From NCBI GenBank assembly GCA_905178155.1, contig CAJINV010000001.1, positions 4,488,233-4,552,232 of the forward strand: a stretch of 64,000 nucleotides of DNA. The letters run 5' to 3'. The position numbers and the translations under genes are program-made. This stretch comes from Amoebophrya sp. A120. Its lineage: Eukaryota; Protista; Dinoflagellata. Positions 59,547-64,000 of this stretch are shown here, piece by piece. Each line of letters opens with the position of its first letter. The stretch's first letter is position 1. A model generated the notes under the pieces. It was given only the letters and a program-made list of their open reading frames with translations, was not told where the DNA came from and ran no database searches.

Positions 59547-62500
59547 TTAAAGGTCATCACAGGACCAGAACTCCTCCTCGTTTCGATTTCGTTTTGGCCC
59601 GAGCAGACTTTCGATCTCGAACAATTTCTTTTCCATGCCCTCGCGGGACTCCACCGTGGGCCAGGGCTTCGCCACCCCCTGCTGATCCGTGAGTTGGGCG
59701 CGCTTGCGCAAAATCTGCACCGCGCGCAGTCGCTTGTGCACCGACTCAATCTGGCGCATCTCCGACTCCACAATCTTCTCGTGCTCGTGCTTCGTATGGT
59801 AGTACTTCTTCGCGCGCACCACAGAGCAGTTCCAGGAGCAGTACCAGTGATCCTTGGACAAAACATCGAACCGCTCCTGATTGACCTTCAACTCCGCCAA
59901 AGCGGTCCGCAACTGCTCCTCGATCTGCAACCCCCGCGACACGTAGCGCTGCTGGCCGTCCAGCAGCTCTTGGAGGGTGAGCATCAGCTGCTTCTGCTCC
60001 TCCCCGGGGCCAAAGTAGGTGCCGCCCGGGCTGGTGGACAGCAGCGGTGGTGCCGTCGTGGTGCCGTCCTGTGGCTGCCCGCTCGCGGCGTAGCTGTTAT
60101 AGGACGAGCTGTGATTTCCTGATCTTCGCAGTAGTAGATCCTGGTCGTATATGTCGAGCTTTTGTAGCCGCTTTCGTAACCGGTCCGCCTCGTTTTTGCG
60201 CGCGTCCAACGCCTGCGACACTTGCTGGAACTCGTGCGTGAGCGCGGACACCTCGTCCTGCGCGTCTTTTCGCGCGAAGAACGCGTCGTAGTACTTCGCC
60301 GCGCGCTCCACCGCGTGCTCGGAGATCTCCTGCGCGAGCAGGGTCTGCGTGTGGCCCCACGCCCGCAGCGTCTCCATGTGCCGGGACTCCAGGTTCGCGA
60401 GCTCCATTAGCAGCACGTCAAACTCCTGTAGCAGGAGTTCGTGACCGGAAGCGGCTGGCGGCACCTGCTCCGGGGCTGGATTTTGTTCCCCCGATATTAT
60501 CGTAGACCCTCTTTCTATTCCTGGCTCGGACTCGCCTTCCGACCGCTGCTTGCTTCCGTGGCGCGACGGCCCGCTACTGGAGGTGCCAAGGGACTGCTTC
60601 GAAGTGGTGCCAACATCGCCTGCTCTACCGAGCAAAACCGGACCTCCGGTCGAAATTGTTGCACCGCTTGCAGCAGTACCCGTCTGAATCGTGCCTGGCA
60701 TCACATACTTGTTGTTCAGATCTGCCAGGTCGCTGGGCGGACAGTACAGCGGCGAGGTTGCTATCGGTGTGTTTCCGCTTTTCCTTCCGATGCGCATGTT
60801 GTTCGCGTTGCGCCAGTCATCCAAAATGTCGTCGCGCTCTGAGGAGGGCGTCAGACTACTCGTGTCAGACGATTCGCCTCTTGCGGAAGCCCACGCGCCG
60901 TCGCTCGCGCTCCCGTAGTCGCTGTGGTAGGCTGCGGAATCCGACGTGTAGCCCTGCTGCAACTGGCTCGTGCGGGGGGACAGCGCCGTGTCAATCTCCA
61001 TTTTATTCCGTTGCTGCAAGTGCGCCGGGACGGGCGAGGCGTAGCTGCTGCTACTCCGACTGGGGCCGCTACTCGACGACGCGTGTGGCTGCACCGGCGT
61101 GGAAGCGGAGCTGGAGGACGCAGCTGCAGCGGCGGCTTTGTTCGCCGCGACGTCCACATGCGAGTAGGTGAGGGACCGAAACCCATTCGGCGACTCGCCC
61201 GCGATGATGTCTTGCAACAAGTGATCCACGTCGTTTTCCTCCACGGAGCCGCTCTCGAACGAGGTCTGGACCGTGGGCCGACTGCTTCCGCTGGTGCTTT
61301 CGCGCGTTGGGTCGGGCGGAGGGGGCGGTGGTGGAGGGGGAACAGCAGGGGTCGAGCTACTAGACGCTTGTTGAAGAGGACCTCCGACGCTGCTCAAACC
61401 GGGCTGCTGCATCTGCTGCGCCGCGGGGTCTGCCGCTCGGTAGGCGTCCAGAAGATTCTTCGAGAGCATGTCGTTATTTTTCTGCCTACTGGTCTCTTCG
61501 CTTGACGAAGAACTGGAAGCTGTTGATGTGGATTTTGCATTCGTCGTGACAAGAGCAGTGCCCGATCCGCCCATCCGGTACGAGGGCAAGGGCACCGGTC
61601 CGACGCTACCTGGCTGCGAACTACCGATTGGCACGCTCGCGGCCCCACCACCTGAATAAGCCAACACTTCGTCTTCCAGAGTGGGCACCGGCAGCAGCGG
61701 TGGCGGCGTGTGCGGCGGATTCTGGCTGCCATTTATTGCGGACGATGGAGACTGCACAACTCGCTGCGTTGGAGCAAGTACTGCGCTAGTACTGTGCTGT
61801 TGCTGCTGCTGCACCTCTACTTCCGCCACCGTTCGGGAGGAGCTGAGTGCCGTCGCGCTGCCTGCGGCGGTGGAGCTGGCGCTGGCCGCGGTCAGTTTCG
61901 ATTCCAGACTCGTGCGGGACTCGGGCCTATCGATCTCGACAGCTTGTTGCTGCTGTTGGTCCTGCACAAACCTGGATAGGAAGGCCGCACTCTGCACTTC
62001 CGTCCAGTGGTGTTCTTGCAGGACATATCCTGAGTAAAAACGTCCCCACCCCATAGTTGTCATGCAGATCTGCAAGCACAAGAGCATTTGTAATGCGCAT
62101 CCCCATGAGAGGCATTTCCCATCGTGTTTTGGAAGTTGTAATGCTGTCAACAGGACAAGGAGATGGATTTGTTATGCGGCTTCCCTTGCTAAACTGCATT
62201 ACACTACAGCCTGCAACTTGTCATGCGTGGCTCCCAAAACTTTCAGGTTTGTGTTGCAAAATCCCCATTTTGACTCTGGGGTGGGGACGTTTTTACAAAT
62301 GATAGCACACGAACCAGTTCGGGGCGATTCCAAGGGCCGATGTCGGCCAAACCGCGGTCAACCCCGTCACCATGCTTCCCCCCAAGAAACTTCGGTATGT
62401 TCTCTTCGTCCACAATCTCACATAGCGCCGGGTAGAAATCTGGATGATTTTTGACAGAAAAATTTGCTTGATTCTCAGTTATATACCTGTCGTTCGCGTA

Positions 62501-63808
62501 AGGGTAAGTAGTACCGCAGTGCCAAATAAGACTCAGCGGCAGAACTTCCGTTGCTTAAAAATTCGCTGGCTGCAAAGGTAGTGCGAGCAACGGAATCTCG
62601 TTGTGCCAAGATCTACTTCAAGAAGAATCAATGCGCACGATCAACGAAGCTTCGTCTTCACTACTTACCGCTTCCGTAGATTGAAATCTTCTCCAGAGTT
62701 TTTTCATCCAGCAAGGGCTTCACAAAGCTCCAAGCTAGAGAAAACACCCGCGGCGCATTGACGATGAACATGCGGTGGAGGGTCTCGGGGTAGTGGTCCT
62801 GATTTATCGCGGACAGAAACTTGATCAGCTTCCGAATCATGGCGTGCGTGACCAGGCGGAAAGATAGTCCGGACAGATCGATGACGGCCACGGAGCTTTC
62901 GATCAGGCGTCCCGCCGCCAGGGAGCAGCACGGGAAGCGGATGCAGTCCCGGCGCTCGCACTCTGAAATGAAATACTCGATGATCTCCTCTTCCGTGGCA
63001 ACGGAAAACAACCCGCCCGCGTCGATTTTTCCCACGCAGTCGATGTACAGAGGCATACCTGTCTTGGTCGTACCGTGGTACCTGAAGAAGTTCGAGGAGG
63101 AGGTAGTGGCAGATCTATTGTGCTTTAAACTACGCCCCTTTATTTGCAATCGGCAACGGTCAGCGTCAGAGAGACCCACGCCAAGGGAACCAATTAAAAA
63201 CAAATCCTCTCCAGCACGTCGGTAATGGTTATTTTTGCTTTTCAAACAGAACAACACGACTTCATTCCGCCTTACCCCGTCGGGTAGTATTTGTTCAGCT
63301 GTGGGATACGGGCCTGGATGCTCGCACTAGCACCTGAAACGTGCAGCTGAAACACCGGAACTGCGCTCAGCGCCCCCATCTTCGCGCTTGGATTCGGAAA
63401 TAATGGCTTCGTGCGCCATTGAAAATGACGGTTCAACAGGTCAGTTACCTTCTCCAAGTTGAAGTCGCGCGCGCGACAAAACTTCAATAGCACCATCGTG
63501 TTTCCTGTGAGGTGGTTCGTTTTCGTATTTCGACCTTAAGAATGAGTGCAGCAGTTCTACCATGTGAACCAGCATGAATTTCATCATTGACGTAGGCCAC
63601 ATTGAACAATCTTTTTCTCTTGAGGAAACATAAAACTCCAGGCAAAACCAAACCGATTGATACCAAATGCTGCGTCGACCGTTGCCTGTACGGCAAAGCG
63701 CCGCCGCACCTCCTCGAGCACTTGTGACTGCGCTGGAGTGAGGTTTCCCGGAAACCCGACTGGTGGCTGCATTGGATACATCGACGCGCTCCCGTTCATG
63801 TTGCTCAT
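59547..63808 (-). CDS. Sec14/CRAL-TRIO lipid-binding protein fused via a long low-complexity linker to an SH3BP5-like coiled-coil domain
   Basis: GFPGNLTPAQ, LLKFCRARDFNLEK, KYYPTG-YHGTTKTGMPLYI, VIDLSGL, NQDHYPETLHRMFIVNAP, VDEENIPKFLGG, DIGPWNRPE. This joins across the introner in frame to ORF 59547-62150, which contains AVERAAKYYDA..AQ and VVRAKKYY. Confidence 0.75.
62026..62304. mobile_element. Introner/MITE family D (279 bp), TSD GGACA/GCACA
   Basis: TIR tatcctgagtaaaaacgtccccacccca / tggggtggggacgtttttacaaatgata. Join RPELVRV-LQEHHW. Confidence 0.92.
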
Positions 63809-64000
63809 GGTCTGTCTTCATCGAGTAGATTAGTTACTCACAGCACCCACTAGGCCATTTGCAACATTTAGTACGATTGGACCTATACCAACTGGGGGGT
63901 GAGCACCAAGAGGTAGACACTCGCTGTCAATCCAATATGTAGTACGTGCAAGCTGTTCGTAAGCGCGGATGCCATCCTCTTCTAGGGGTCGGGGTGTGAA

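Noticed and set aside
2717-62304. Dispersed ~30-bp repeats as a CRISPR array or REP-like elements
   Set aside because: They occur as inverted pairs with TSDs inside eukaryotic genes. There is no regular repeat-spacer array and no cas genes.
2717-62304. Assigning the elements to a named transposon superfamily
   Set aside because: No transposase is present in the window, and TAT...ATA ends with a 5-bp TSD do not let me name a superfamily with confidence.
3669-62454. Recurring peptides such as KCKNVWVWK, FQTQTFLHLI, KNVPTP and MKNAPTP in many short ORFs
   Set aside because: They are translations of the non-coding TIRs, not a repeated protein domain or a transposase.

Overview
Eukaryotic genomic DNA with introns and no prokaryotic features. 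All supported genes (about 13) lie on the minus strand. They are a giant DUF6606/DUF3638-type protein running off the left edge, a NAA60-like GNAT, a small Cys-rich membrane protein, a cold-shock protein, an ~17.5-kb inner-arm dynein heavy chain, a secreted 2OG-Fe(II) oxygenase, two tandem nucleotidyltransferase-like paralogs, a TenA-like protein, a large membrane protein, two hypotheticals, and a Sec14 + SH3BP5-like fusion. The main signal is 19 non-coding MITE-like elements of 176-655 bp in at least 7 sequence families. They have TAT...ATA termini (one decayed to TTA), terminal inverted repeats (TIRs) and mostly 5-bp target-site duplications (TSDs). Every one sits inside protein-coding sequence. 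Removing each element plus one TSD copy restores the reading frame and, where the host protein is recognisable, its conserved motifs, but 17 of 19 cannot be cut precisely at GT-AG. They insert in both orientations, and all families share an internal TGTNATGC motif. This is a transposon-derived non-canonical intron (introner) system that coexists with ordinary GT-AG introns. The overall picture fits a dinoflagellate-lineage alveolate such as Amoebophrya; that assignment is inference. All protein calls come from motifs recognised by eye, with no database search.
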